This document shows positions 35,401-42,975 of a stretch of 64,000 nucleotides of DNA, one piece after another. The position numbers were made by a program, and so were the translations under genes. Each line of letters starts with the position of its first letter. The first letter of the stretch is position 1. Source of the stretch: a virus. The stretch is taken from positions 1 through 64,000 of the IMG/VR virus record IMGVR_UViG_3300036832_000974. One strand, 5' to 3'. The notes under the pieces were generated by a model. It was not told where the DNA came from and made no database searches. It saw only the letters and a list, made by a program, of their open reading frames with translations.

Positions 35401-38303
35401 GTGTCAAAGGTCGATGCCATCAATGACGATGATGCACCGCCACCACTGCCCCTGAGCTCGTACGGGAAGATCGGAAACACACCGCTGCATATCGCTGGCG
35501 TGTCGAGCGTGATCGTCCCCGGCGAGCCCACCGCCCCGGCAGTTACGGAAGCGATCCGGGTCCCGTCAGCGATCGGCCATCGCGCGTCGTCGCCCGCATT
35601 GTAGCGCGGCGAGAAGAACGGGTCGCCCGCCGCGTAGTAGGTGGCAAGCTCGCCGCCGTTGCCGTCGCCAAGATTGACGTTAGTGACGCTGGTGCTGCCC
35701 TTCTCGAAGGTGCCGAAGAACAGCTTGAGCGGGATCACCGCGCCGGTCTTGACGAGGACAGTGTATCCCGACAGCGCGAGATCGGTGTTCGCGTTGGAAA
35801 GGAAGTTGTAGGCGTCAGAGCCGTAGCCACCCACCGTCCTGATGTTGTTCTGCTGCTGGGTCGTGATGACATAGTGATTGTCTGCACCGGTCGGGCCAGC
35901 CACAGCGGTGACGACAAAGCTCGTGCCGGTATTGATATGGTAGAGAATGTCGCCGACATCGATCCGGTACATCGCACCGACCGAAGTCTGATAGGCGCCG
36001 AAATAGCCGAACGTCATCACGTCACCAGCGTAGGATGGAGCTACTGGCGTCGCGCCGCTGTCAGTCATCGCGATGAGCGCTTCCGACGGCACCGTGATCT
36101 GCCACTCGCGACCCTGGCTGTCGACGTAACGCTTGACATATTGGGACATCGGCGTCCGAAAACCGGTCGCAATAGAAACTTCGTCCTTGTTGAAGAACTG
36201 AACGCTTCCGCCATCCGCGGGATAATAGCTTGATCGCATCGCCTCACTGGCGTGGGAGACGTCATTAAAGTTGGCATAGTTGCCAATGGTGCTGTTGAAG
36301 CGGCCACCGCCCAACAGCATGCCACCGCAGTAGTTGATGGCCTGCCTCAAGGCTGGCGTTGAAAAATTCTGCGTCGCCCCGTACTGCAAGCCACCGCGGA
36401 ACGACAGCGCCGCGCCTTGGGCAGCGAGAGTTGAGATGCGGGAATGGCCAACCCAAGTCGTGCCGATGAAAGTGATCGAAGTGTAGGAAGTGGACGTGAG
36501 GATCGATGGTGGTATGAAATTCTGCACGCCATCCTGAAGATCGATCAGCCCACCGGTGAAGACGACGCTGCTACCTACCGGTGAGCCAGCCATTAACGTG
36601 CCAAGACGGACCGTCGACTCGCAGTAGAGCTGGTTGATCACCAGCGGACCGGAAGACATTCCGATATCGAAAATCTGATAGGAAGCGCCGCCCGAGCAGT
36701 TGTCGATCGGCCCACCAAGGATACCGTTCGCGACACCGAAATGGGTGTTAGTTAGGAAGGTGTGACTCACATTGAAATTGTTGTTGCGTAGCTCGACGTT
36801 GCGCGACTGCGTGTGGCACACCGCGATGTGATAGACGTTCCCCCACAGATTGTTGTTGCGGATGCGGGTGAAGTCGGCGTTGCCGTCGGCGTTGGGCTTG
36901 ACGCAGATGCCGACGCCGAAGCCCTCGATGCTGCATTCTTCGATCGTCACGTCAGACGACGCCCCGTCACCATACTGCGTGGTTCGTCCCGTCCATGCAG
37001 GGTAGATGCGGTCAGGGTAGTGGTCGGTCGGCTGAGACCCGCAGTAGGCGTCGATGGTCACGCCAGCGTAGGGCGAGTGCTGCTGCAGTCCGCCGGGATT
37101 TGATCCCGACGGCGTCAATCCCGGCGCCAGCCAATCGTCGCGATTCGGCGAGAGCGGATACGGGACGAGACCTGTTTGGGTCTGAGTAGCCCACAGGAAA
37201 TTTCTGCCCTTGATGCGGAAGCCGCGAAGCAGCCCCATCCGCATGCCCATGAAATTGATGCAGGGCCGATCGGTCTTCGACGGGATCAGCAGGGTGCCAC
37301 CGCCAACGTAGCTGCCACGTAAATTGGCAGCAACCAGTTGCAGTGAAGTGAGACCATTCCAGCCGAGATGGATAGTCTCATCGAGCCTGAACGGCCCATC
37401 TGGCACTCTCACCACGTTGTGGTAATTCTGCAGCGCGAAGTCGACGGCAGCCTGCAGCATCGGCGCATTATCGGTGCCGGTCACTGTATCGCGCCAGCAC
37501 AAGAACTTCAGGTTAGTGCCAGCCGGAACGGCGCGCGAGACCGTGATGCTGGTGTTGGTGACAACGCTGACAACGGTGGCGTCGGTCGCCATCGCGTTGG
37601 CACCCATGCTCGCCCAGTTGAAGTTGCCGATGTGCATGCCGGACACCACACCGGTGGTGTCCGAAGTGGTTATCACCGTGGTGCCGTTAGCCGTCGCCGT
37701 GATGATGCCAACACCCCAGTCCATCGTCTGGGCGCCGTCCGGCACCATGCCGAACTCACCGGCGTTGACCGGACTGGTCGAGTACATCGGCGCGAACAGC
37801 TGCCCGCCGACCGTGACCTCGCCGTACAGCCCGAGCGTCGATGCCACCGGCTTGAAGCTTAGTGGCACTGCCTCTTGGTATGCCGGCGGCGGCCACGTCC
37901 CCATCATGTTGCGGATGCGGACCTCGGTGACATTGGCCGGAATGGTGCCTGACGCCAGAAAGTCGGCCTTGGTGTTGAACGCCATCACCGACGACGACAG
38001 GCTGGTGAGATCCTCGGCGAGCAGCACGAACGCCACCCGCGCGGCACCTGAGAGCACGATCGCTGCGTTGCTGTTGCTGGACCCGATCGGGCCCCGCGTC
38101 ATCACCGTGCCACCGCTGCCAATGATGCCGCGCCCGTACTCGTAGTTCGATCCGTCGATGATGGAATAGGAAACCTCGGTGCCGTCAGCGACGCCAGCTT
38201 GCGACGGCGTCCGCTTGCCGGTGAGCGGCAGCCCAACGGTGAGCGAACCGGTGCCCGTCGTTGGCGTACTGAACTGAACCAGATCGACGAATGCGGACAT
38301 CAT
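32439..38303 (-). CDS. Giant tailspike/depolymerase (1954 aa) with two beta-helix regions
   Basis: Same N-terminal adaptor; GTDNAPMLQAAVD and DQSTDDSATLNAA pectate-lyase-type starts; TSGYRTVGDGGGANY motif. Confidence 0.8.
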   Translation of the reverse strand: MMSAFVDLVQFSTPTTGTGSLTVGLPLTGKRTPSQAGVADGTEVSYSIIDGSNYEYGRGIIGSGGTVMTRGPIGSSNSNAAIVLSGAARVAFVLLAEDLTSLSSSVMAFNTKADFLASGTIPANVTEVRIRNMMGTWPPPAYQEAVPLSFKPVASTLGLYGEVTVGGQLFAPMYSTSPVNAGEFGMVPDGAQTMDWGVGIITATANGTTVITTSDTTGVVSGMHIGNFNWASMGANAMATDATVVSVVTNTSITVSRAVPAGTNLKFLCWRDTVTGTDNAPMLQAAVDFALQNYHNVVRVPDGPFRLDETIHLGWNGLTSLQLVAANLRGSYVGGGTLLIPSKTDRPCINFMGMRMGLLRGFRIKGRNFLWATQTQTGLVPYPLSPNRDDWLAPGLTPSGSNPGGLQQHSPYAGVTIDAYCGSQPTDHYPDRIYPAWTGRTTQYGDGASSDVTIEECSIEGFGVGICVKPNADGNADFTRIRNNNLWGNVYHIAVCHTQSRNVELRNNNFNVSHTFLTNTHFGVANGILGGPIDNCSGGASYQIFDIGMSSGPLVINQLYCESTVRLGTLMAGSPVGSSVVFTGGLIDLQDGVQNFIPPSILTSTSYTSITFIGTTWVGHSRISTLAAQGAALSFRGGLQYGATQNFSTPALRQAINYCGGMLLGGGRFNSTIGNYANFNDVSHASEAMRSSYYPADGGSVQFFNKDEVSIATGFRTPMSQYVKRYVDSQGREWQITVPSEALIAMTDSGATPVAPSYAGDVMTFGYFGAYQTSVGAMYRIDVGDILYHINTGTSFVVTAVAGPTGADNHYVITTQQQNNIRTVGGYGSDAYNFLSNANTDLALSGYTVLVKTGAVIPLKLFFGTFEKGSTSVTNVNLGDGNGGELATYYAAGDPFFSPRYNAGDDARWPIADGTRIASVTAGAVGSPGTITLDTPAICSGVFPIFPYELRGSGGGASSSLMASTFDTRTVAMAANIAPSLNAIHTSGYRTVGDGGGANYKRVSSINPSKAPYSFTSADGAHWEYIPEAIGWNAKVAGVYADQSTDDSATLNAALLPFQDPGTILNGGSLTATLLLPPSVMMLKHPVILCGNNGISIKILGQSQSASGGTVSSCFAWQGSGYPSMFIIYGANQIIIEAVNFVSIGMDYTTFSDLVNTVHITADNTMNNFGAIHLAAAVTAGTNRTFTCDMMINDHPWTSPGVQPGASVGVGLGTAAFEIVYVKAIVSQYAFVADCVNDHAVGEKVGGGTPCNNITFNRCVFATGVLAHNSTAVLCGNQIQQTVQAAQIIFDSCEVLGGIKNATVTIAAGNPLVVTDTAHGLTMGRAVKIDDANSGLTYYAIPIDADHYHLALPVYNFQFPTITDAFATLMPNASPGVVHWPGHGLAANTPVVFQTDGSLPSTIVGGPLYSTDITHGNNYYVSATGLATDTFQVSATPGGASINFTGTQYGNHKVFAGKVPLVGTTRSGTTVRSIKGHSGFRTIVGGNIKNFFIFNTVFGHLDYGFDGDPVSGSCELFFPSFAGDTLSDIRANGASNIHITSAETESCGMFLTAVGGAGQINATLVQNSYQCTMPADGVVIQWPGNLTMINNVFMNGARDACFLENPAVGMSPKIVCTDISSLNSHPVIPITASISTTGGVSTLNVTAVAAGFPGFGPTWQIRFYRSPGSGNSMETAQISNYGTGSGGVGTYTLDRDMGTVSSKGMTVVQILGAQEPGGVTSIGNSFANTGGTQGVPVYYDGSMNPYDPNDEFPTSTFPHSKWAVQQINDYGDTGKIPTSFGALQTLSTGLGQNVQGSGLIAHSQGILTDGVTSITIPFTSINSAGVTTVDISLGAIPMRSKITGIVADVARVFTGAGTCTMQVGTTSGGTDLLKAFDCTTVVRGGTKGNVKGIADADYGVNLAKATMPTADGFCPGWDGPTGTMQMSVRFIGATALTGLTDGSVTIYISTRRYH

Positions 38304-40261
38304 CCCTCCAGCGCGGCCGACACCGCGTCAATCACCGCTGGCCAGTCGCGGAAACGCGGCTGCCGGAAGATCTTCATTCGCGGATACCAGATCGTGGTTT
38401 CGCCGCTGAGCCCCCACCGGAAGTCAGGATCGTAGGAAAGCAACAGCCACGTCGGCACGCCGAGCGCTCCGGCAAGATGCGCAATCACGGTGTCGACGGT
38501 GATGACGAGATCAAGCGCCTTGATCGCCGCCGCGGTGGTGGCGAAGCTTTCAAACTGCCCGGTGTTCTCCAGCGAGAAAAACGGCCCGTGCTTCTTGACC
38601 AGTGGCGCCAGCAGCTTCTGCGGAATGTCGCGGGTGTAGGGCCGCTCGCTGGTGGCGCTGCCGACGCCGCACAGCCCGATCCTCGCCTCGTTCATCGGGT
38701 GGCGACCGAACGCAAACGAATGGTTGCCCTGGCCGCGCCAGTTGTCGACCAGCATCGGATCGACCTTGAGATAGGGCGCATCAATCCGAATGAGATCCTC
38801 GTCGGCATCAAGCACGCTCGGCACCGACGGCAACGGCAGGTGGAAACCATAGCGCGGCAGCGATCGCCGCAGCCGGTGGATTGCGTACTGCGGCAGGCCG
38901 AGCAGACCGCGCGAATCCTCGAACAGCTCGTAAAGCTCGGGCTGCACCTCAAGAACAGCGTTCGGCGCACGCTGCAACACGTAGCGCATGAACCGCGCAA
39001 ACATGATGGTATCGCCATAGCCCTGTTCCGACCAGATCAGCACCGGCGCTTGCGTCGGCGTGCCGTCCCACGGCGGGCAATCGTGCACGCGGTTTGCCCC
39101 GATCAGATGCGGATGCGGCTGGCCACTGCGCAGCTCGTAGCCCTTCCAGCCCTGCCGCCAGCGACCAGCTTGCAGATCGTGCAACGCTCGCACGTGCAGG
39201 GTCGGCTTGTGCTCTGGATTGATCCGCAGATTGGTCTCGATCAGCGCCGCCGCCTTGTCGGTGCGCTGCATCAGCTGCTCGTAATGCGCCACCAGCAGCC
39301 GCGACATCAGGTCGTTCGGATCGCGCTCGATCACCCGGCTGAACCGGGCGATTTCGCGGTCGAACATCTGATCGTCCTGGCGGATGTCCGCGACCTCATC
39401 GAGATTGTTGACGCTCCACGGCTTGCCGTCACTAGCGCCCTCCTCGGGAACGCACAGCATCATGATCGACATCAGCACGCCGAAGATGTTGCGCTTCTCG
39501 CCGCGGAAGTTGCCGGGATTGAAGTGATACGGCCGGTGCCAATACATGCGATAGCCGTACTCGACCAGCTGCGCGATCAGCGCTTCGGACAGGTCCGGAT
39601 CCTCGTTCTCGATGTAGATGATCGGCCGGCAGCGCTTGATGGTCTGCTCGGCGCCGCGCAGCACCTGCAGCTCATGGCGATCGACATCGATCTTGATGAA
39701 CTGCAGCCGCTGCAGGCCGAGGCTGTCGATCGTCATGCAGTTGATTTCAAAATCGCCAGTGTTGATCTCAGGGCGGCAGTAGGCGTGCAACGCGTCCTGC
39801 TTTGACACCTTGATGGTGCCGGTATGGTCGCTCGCCGCACACGGGATCACCCGCGCCTGCCGCAGATTGTTGTTGGCGAGGTTCGACATCAGCAGCGGCA
39901 CGTTGGTCGGCGACGCCTCGAATGCAATCACTTGCCCGGTCCATCCGACCAGCTTCGCCATCGGCACCGTGAATGCGCCGATGTTGGCGCCGACGTCGAT
40001 GGCAACATGGCCGGGCCGCAAGCACTTCTTGAAGACGACGACCTCGCCCTCAGAGTATTCGCCATAGGTCGCCAGCGAGAGCCCGACCAGCTCGTCCTCG
40101 TCATAGATCGAGAAGGTGCCGTGGCGGGCCTCGATCTTGCGCGGGGAGAAGAACGTGGTCGGCAGTGGCTCGGGCTTCTGTCCCGGCCCTGGCAACACCC
40201 CCATGGTGGGGATATCGAACACCGCGCCGCCGTTGACATACTCGACCTGTGGTTCCGACAT
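38300..40261 (-). CDS. FkbM methyltransferase-TPR-GT9-like glycosyltransferase fusion
   Basis: IDVGANIG, FEASP, FIKIDVD; VLIWSEQGYGDTIMFARF; LDLVITVDTVIAHLAGALGVPTW. Confidence 0.88.
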   Translation of the reverse strand: MSEPQVEYVNGGAVFDIPTMGVLPGPGQKPEPLPTTFFSPRKIEARHGTFSIYDEDELVGLSLATYGEYSEGEVVVFKKCLRPGHVAIDVGANIGAFTVPMAKLVGWTGQVIAFEASPTNVPLLMSNLANNNLRQARVIPCAASDHTGTIKVSKQDALHAYCRPEINTGDFEINCMTIDSLGLQRLQFIKIDVDRHELQVLRGAEQTIKRCRPIIYIENEDPDLSEALIAQLVEYGYRMYWHRPYHFNPGNFRGEKRNIFGVLMSIMMLCVPEEGASDGKPWSVNNLDEVADIRQDDQMFDREIARFSRVIERDPNDLMSRLLVAHYEQLMQRTDKAAALIETNLRINPEHKPTLHVRALHDLQAGRWRQGWKGYELRSGQPHPHLIGANRVHDCPPWDGTPTQAPVLIWSEQGYGDTIMFARFMRYVLQRAPNAVLEVQPELYELFEDSRGLLGLPQYAIHRLRRSLPRYGFHLPLPSVPSVLDADEDLIRIDAPYLKVDPMLVDNWRGQGNHSFAFGRHPMNEARIGLCGVGSATSERPYTRDIPQKLLAPLVKKHGPFFSLENTGQFESFATTAAAIKALDLVITVDTVIAHLAGALGVPTWLLLSYDPDFRWGLSGETTIWYPRMKIFRQPRFRDWPAVIDAVSAALEG

Positions 40262-40282
40262 ATGACCTTGTCCCTGACGCAC

Positions 40283-40306
40283 AAAAAAACCGGCTCAAAG
40301 GCCGGT
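40283..40306 (-). terminator. Intrinsic terminator
   Basis: Minus strand ACCGGC-CTTTGA-GCCGGT followed by a T run. Confidence 0.75.
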
Positions 40307-40335
40307 CGAATGTCACAGATTGAGTTTGAGCTAAG

Positions 40336-40710
40336 TCATTGAGACGGTATGCGTATGTCAAAAGGCGTGAGCGTGAAGGTGTTCCCGGCGGTGACCACTT
40401 GGGTTGCGCTCAACGTCCCGTGCGCGTGCAGGGTGCCTGCGGCATAGACCGCCCACCATGACGCCGTGCCGGACGTGGTAATGGTGCCGTCGCTGACCGC
40501 CGTCGCCGTCACCCGGCGCCCGTTGGGCGTTCCAGCCGATGGCGCGCCGAACACCGCGCCAGCGCCCCAGCTCTTGAAGCCAAGCAGGCCGGTGGTTGCC
40601 GCGATCGCGATCGTGGTCGGCTCAGCCGAACAGACCGACAAGAATGCGCTTTCGGTGTCGAGGACATTGAGACCGAAGTCGAGGACACGATCTTCAAGCG
40701 AAGCAGCCAT
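40336..40710 (-). CDS. Small beta-rich virion/fibre subunit
   Basis: G.LS..QVVTAGNTFTL..FDI.IP C-terminus; strong AAGGAG RBS; followed by terminator. Confidence 0.7.
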   Translation of the reverse strand: MAASLEDRVLDFGLNVLDTESAFLSVCSAEPTTIAIAATTGLLGFKSWGAGAVFGAPSAGTPNGRRVTATAVSDGTITTSGTASWWAVYAAGTLHAHGTLSATQVVTAGNTFTLTPFDIRIPSQ

Positions 40711-40731
40711 GGTGTTTGCTCTCCTTGTGGA

Positions 40732-40899
40732 TTACGCGCGGCCAGCCAGCTCTTGCTCGGCCGCTTTGACCGAGGTGCCGACCTTGTTGACTACAGCCCT
40801 CAGCTCGTCCGGCGTGATGCCGAACTTGTCAGCCCAGTAGCGCAGATCATGCGGCTGATTAATGTTGATGTGCGCGCGCTTCGATAGATCATCAGGCAT
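40732..40899 (-). CDS. DUF3606-like small protein (not in ORF track)
   Basis: MPDDLSKRAHININQPHDLRYWADKFGITPDELRAVVNKVG.SV. Confidence 0.8.
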   Translation of the reverse strand: MPDDLSKRAHININQPHDLRYWADKFGITPDELRAVVNKVGTSVKAAEQELAGRA

Positions 40900-40911
40900 G
40901 GGCTGCTGCTC

Positions 40912-42153
40912 CTATGGAACGTTGCCGAATACAGGTGGCGTCGGCGGCAGCGGCACGCCGCCAGGAAATTCTTTCTGCAGAAACTTCTCGTTCATGGTGT
41001 AGGGCGGGGAGACGCCGTCCATGCCGGTGAGCTGCACGGCCTGCACGTCGAGCCACGTGATGTAGCCCTGGCGCGAATAGATGTGCTCGGCGACCTTGCA
41101 CCAGTACACACCGTCGACCCCGGGCCGAGCACCGACGATCTGCACCGCGCAATTGCCCTGCGCGGTCGGCTCGCCGTTGATGACGATACGGCCGGTCCCT
41201 TGCTCTTGCCCCAAGCTTTCGTCGACGCCTTCGTTGTCGCCGCCAGCCTGCTGCTTGTTGGGCGCCGGGACTGGCAACCTGAACTTGGACGTACCGAGGT
41301 TGAACGGCGCGTTCTGGGTGACCTGCTGGGCCACCTCGTTCCACTTGCCAGCACCGACGTCGAAGAAATGCTGCGATGCTTCCTTCCACATCGACGCCGC
41401 CGACAACGGCCTCAATCGCCAGCCGATCAGGTTCTTGCCCCACACCGCCTCGACCGACGGCGTAAAGGTGCCGTCGACGTTCTGGAAGTTTTGGGTGAAC
41501 TCGCCGTTGGTGCCGCCCTTGACCCGAAACAACGCGCCCATCTCCTTCGCCAAGCGAGTGGCGAAGTGGTAATACGGCTCACCGGCTTGCTGCCAGTAAT
41601 CGCGCTGCAGGTTCTTCCCATCAAAAAAAGAATGCACTTCGATGGTGTGGCCAGCTTTCTGTGCGGCCTCCTTGAGCACCTTCGAAACCGGAAGCGTTTC
41701 GCCCTGCTCGCCCTCTTTGGCACCTTCGCCCCAGCTTCTGTTCTTCTGCTCCTTGCCGCCGCGGAATTGCTCGGCGCCCCTGCCGTGGATCCACATGCGG
41801 CGGCCACCCTGCTTGCGGCCAAAGCCGTGCTCGACGTCATGCACGACACCGTCCCACACCAGCATGTTTGTGCTGCTCTCACCGACCCAGCCGAAGAAAA
41901 TCTTGAGGCTGGAGTCGAGCGGCGGAATCGGCAGGCGGCCATCGCGATCGTCCAGCTCGATCTCGGCTTGGTAATCAGCAACGTTCATGCCGGTCATGGC
42001 CCGCACCTGAATCAAATGCGGGTCGAGCTTGTGGGTAACGTTGAGGCCGTTGACGACGATGGCGCAATACGCGCGCAAGCGGTTGCTCTGAACCTGATCG
42101 CCAATGAAGGGATCGTAAAGCTGGCCGAAAGCAGGGTCGCTCAGCGTTGGCAT
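40912..42153 (-). CDS. Late control protein D-like baseplate hub (P2 gpD)
   Basis: IELDDRDGRL.IP, QAGE.Y.HF.TRLA.E.GA.F.VK, G.RPGVDG.Y; follows gpX. Confidence 0.82.
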   Translation of the reverse strand: MPTLSDPAFGQLYDPFIGDQVQSNRLRAYCAIVVNGLNVTHKLDPHLIQVRAMTGMNVADYQAEIELDDRDGRLPIPPLDSSLKIFFGWVGESSTNMLVWDGVVHDVEHGFGRKQGGRRMWIHGRGAEQFRGGKEQKNRSWGEGAKEGEQGETLPVSKVLKEAAQKAGHTIEVHSFFDGKNLQRDYWQQAGEPYYHFATRLAKEMGALFRVKGGTNGEFTQNFQNVDGTFTPSVEAVWGKNLIGWRLRPLSAASMWKEASQHFFDVGAGKWNEVAQQVTQNAPFNLGTSKFRLPVPAPNKQQAGGDNEGVDESLGQEQGTGRIVINGEPTAQGNCAVQIVGARPGVDGVYWCKVAEHIYSRQGYITWLDVQAVQLTGMDGVSPPYTMNEKFLQKEFPGGVPLPPTPPVFGNVP

Positions 42154-42160
42154 GATGACC

Positions 42161-42433
42161 TCATAGACGATATCCAAACTTGTCGGTCCACAGCGTGTCC
42201 TGCGCCATCGGTATTGGCTTTCCGGCAATCAAGGTTGGGTCGATGGGAACGCGAAGGTAGGTACCGACAGGAATGAACGGCGTCACCCGGTGGGCGAACG
42301 CCAGCTGCGGATTGAGGTCGAGCATCTGCTCGACAATGCCCGGCGCTTTGTTTCTGTACCGTTTCCACGCAATAAGATCGGCGGTGACGTATTCGCTTTC
42401 GACCTTCCATAGCTCGAAGCTGGTGATCGCCAT
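42161..42433 (-). CDS. Tail protein X (P2 gpX, LysM-like)
   Basis: DLIAWKRY.....VEQMLDLNPQLA......PVGT.LRVP. Confidence 0.85.
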   Translation of the reverse strand: MAITSFELWKVESEYVTADLIAWKRYRNKAPGIVEQMLDLNPQLAFAHRVTPFIPVGTYLRVPIDPTLIAGKPIPMAQDTLWTDKFGYRL

Positions 42434-42975
42434 CAGCTGCCAGCTCCCGTGGTGCGCCAGATCTGGTTGAGATAGCCGTCAGCCTCTGGCACCGGCACCC
42501 GCGCCATCGTCGCCTCGAACGCGATCTGCTGACCAACACCTTCGGACGACAGGAATGTATGGGCGCGCACCAACCGCTCGCAGATGAACCAACCGAGAAT
42601 CTCGCCGTTGCCGCGGACCAGCTGGTGAGCAACACCAGCGCGGCGCATGGCGTTGAAGTGCTCCAGCTCGTTCATGCCGCCGATGCGATATGGGAAAATC
42701 TTGCCACGTAGAAAAATCTGCTCGTCGTTCTCGCCAACCCACTCACGATAGATCGCCGCGCCAGCGATTTCCTTGTGAGCCCAATCCGATGCGGTCTCGT
42801 GGTCCAGCTCATGGATGTTGAGGGGAAAGACCTGAATCTGGACCGTTCCCCACTGGTACAACGTCGAGATATCGCCGCCCTCGCTGGTCGTGGTCGGCGC
42901 ATACCAGCCGCTGCCATCCGGCTTGGTCGATTGGTAGTTCGGCTTGGTGGTGGTAGGGGTTGTCGTGAGCGCCAT
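42433..42975 (-). CDS. Tail tube initiator (P2 gpU-like)
   Basis: WA...IAG.....EWVG...E.I.L.G.IFP; LVRGNG..LGW. Confidence 0.85.
   Translation of the reverse strand: MALTTTPTTTKPNYQSTKPDGSGWYAPTTTSEGGDISTLYQWGTVQIQVFPLNIHELDHETASDWAHKEIAGAAIYREWVGENDEQIFLRGKIFPYRIGGMNELEHFNAMRRAGVAHQLVRGNGEILGWFICERLVRAHTFLSSEGVGQQIAFEATMARVPVPEADGYLNQIWRTTGAGS

Noticed and set aside
24578-38303. Diversity-generating retroelement or invertible tail-fibre switch
   Set aside because: No reverse transcriptase, invertase, TR/VR pair or inverted crossover sites were seen in the window
38291-39805. Long plus-strand ORF of 504 aa (likewise 42775-44403, 56009-57649, 41083-42276)
   Set aside because: Antisense shadows of well-supported minus-strand genes, expected in high-GC DNA; no recognisable motifs
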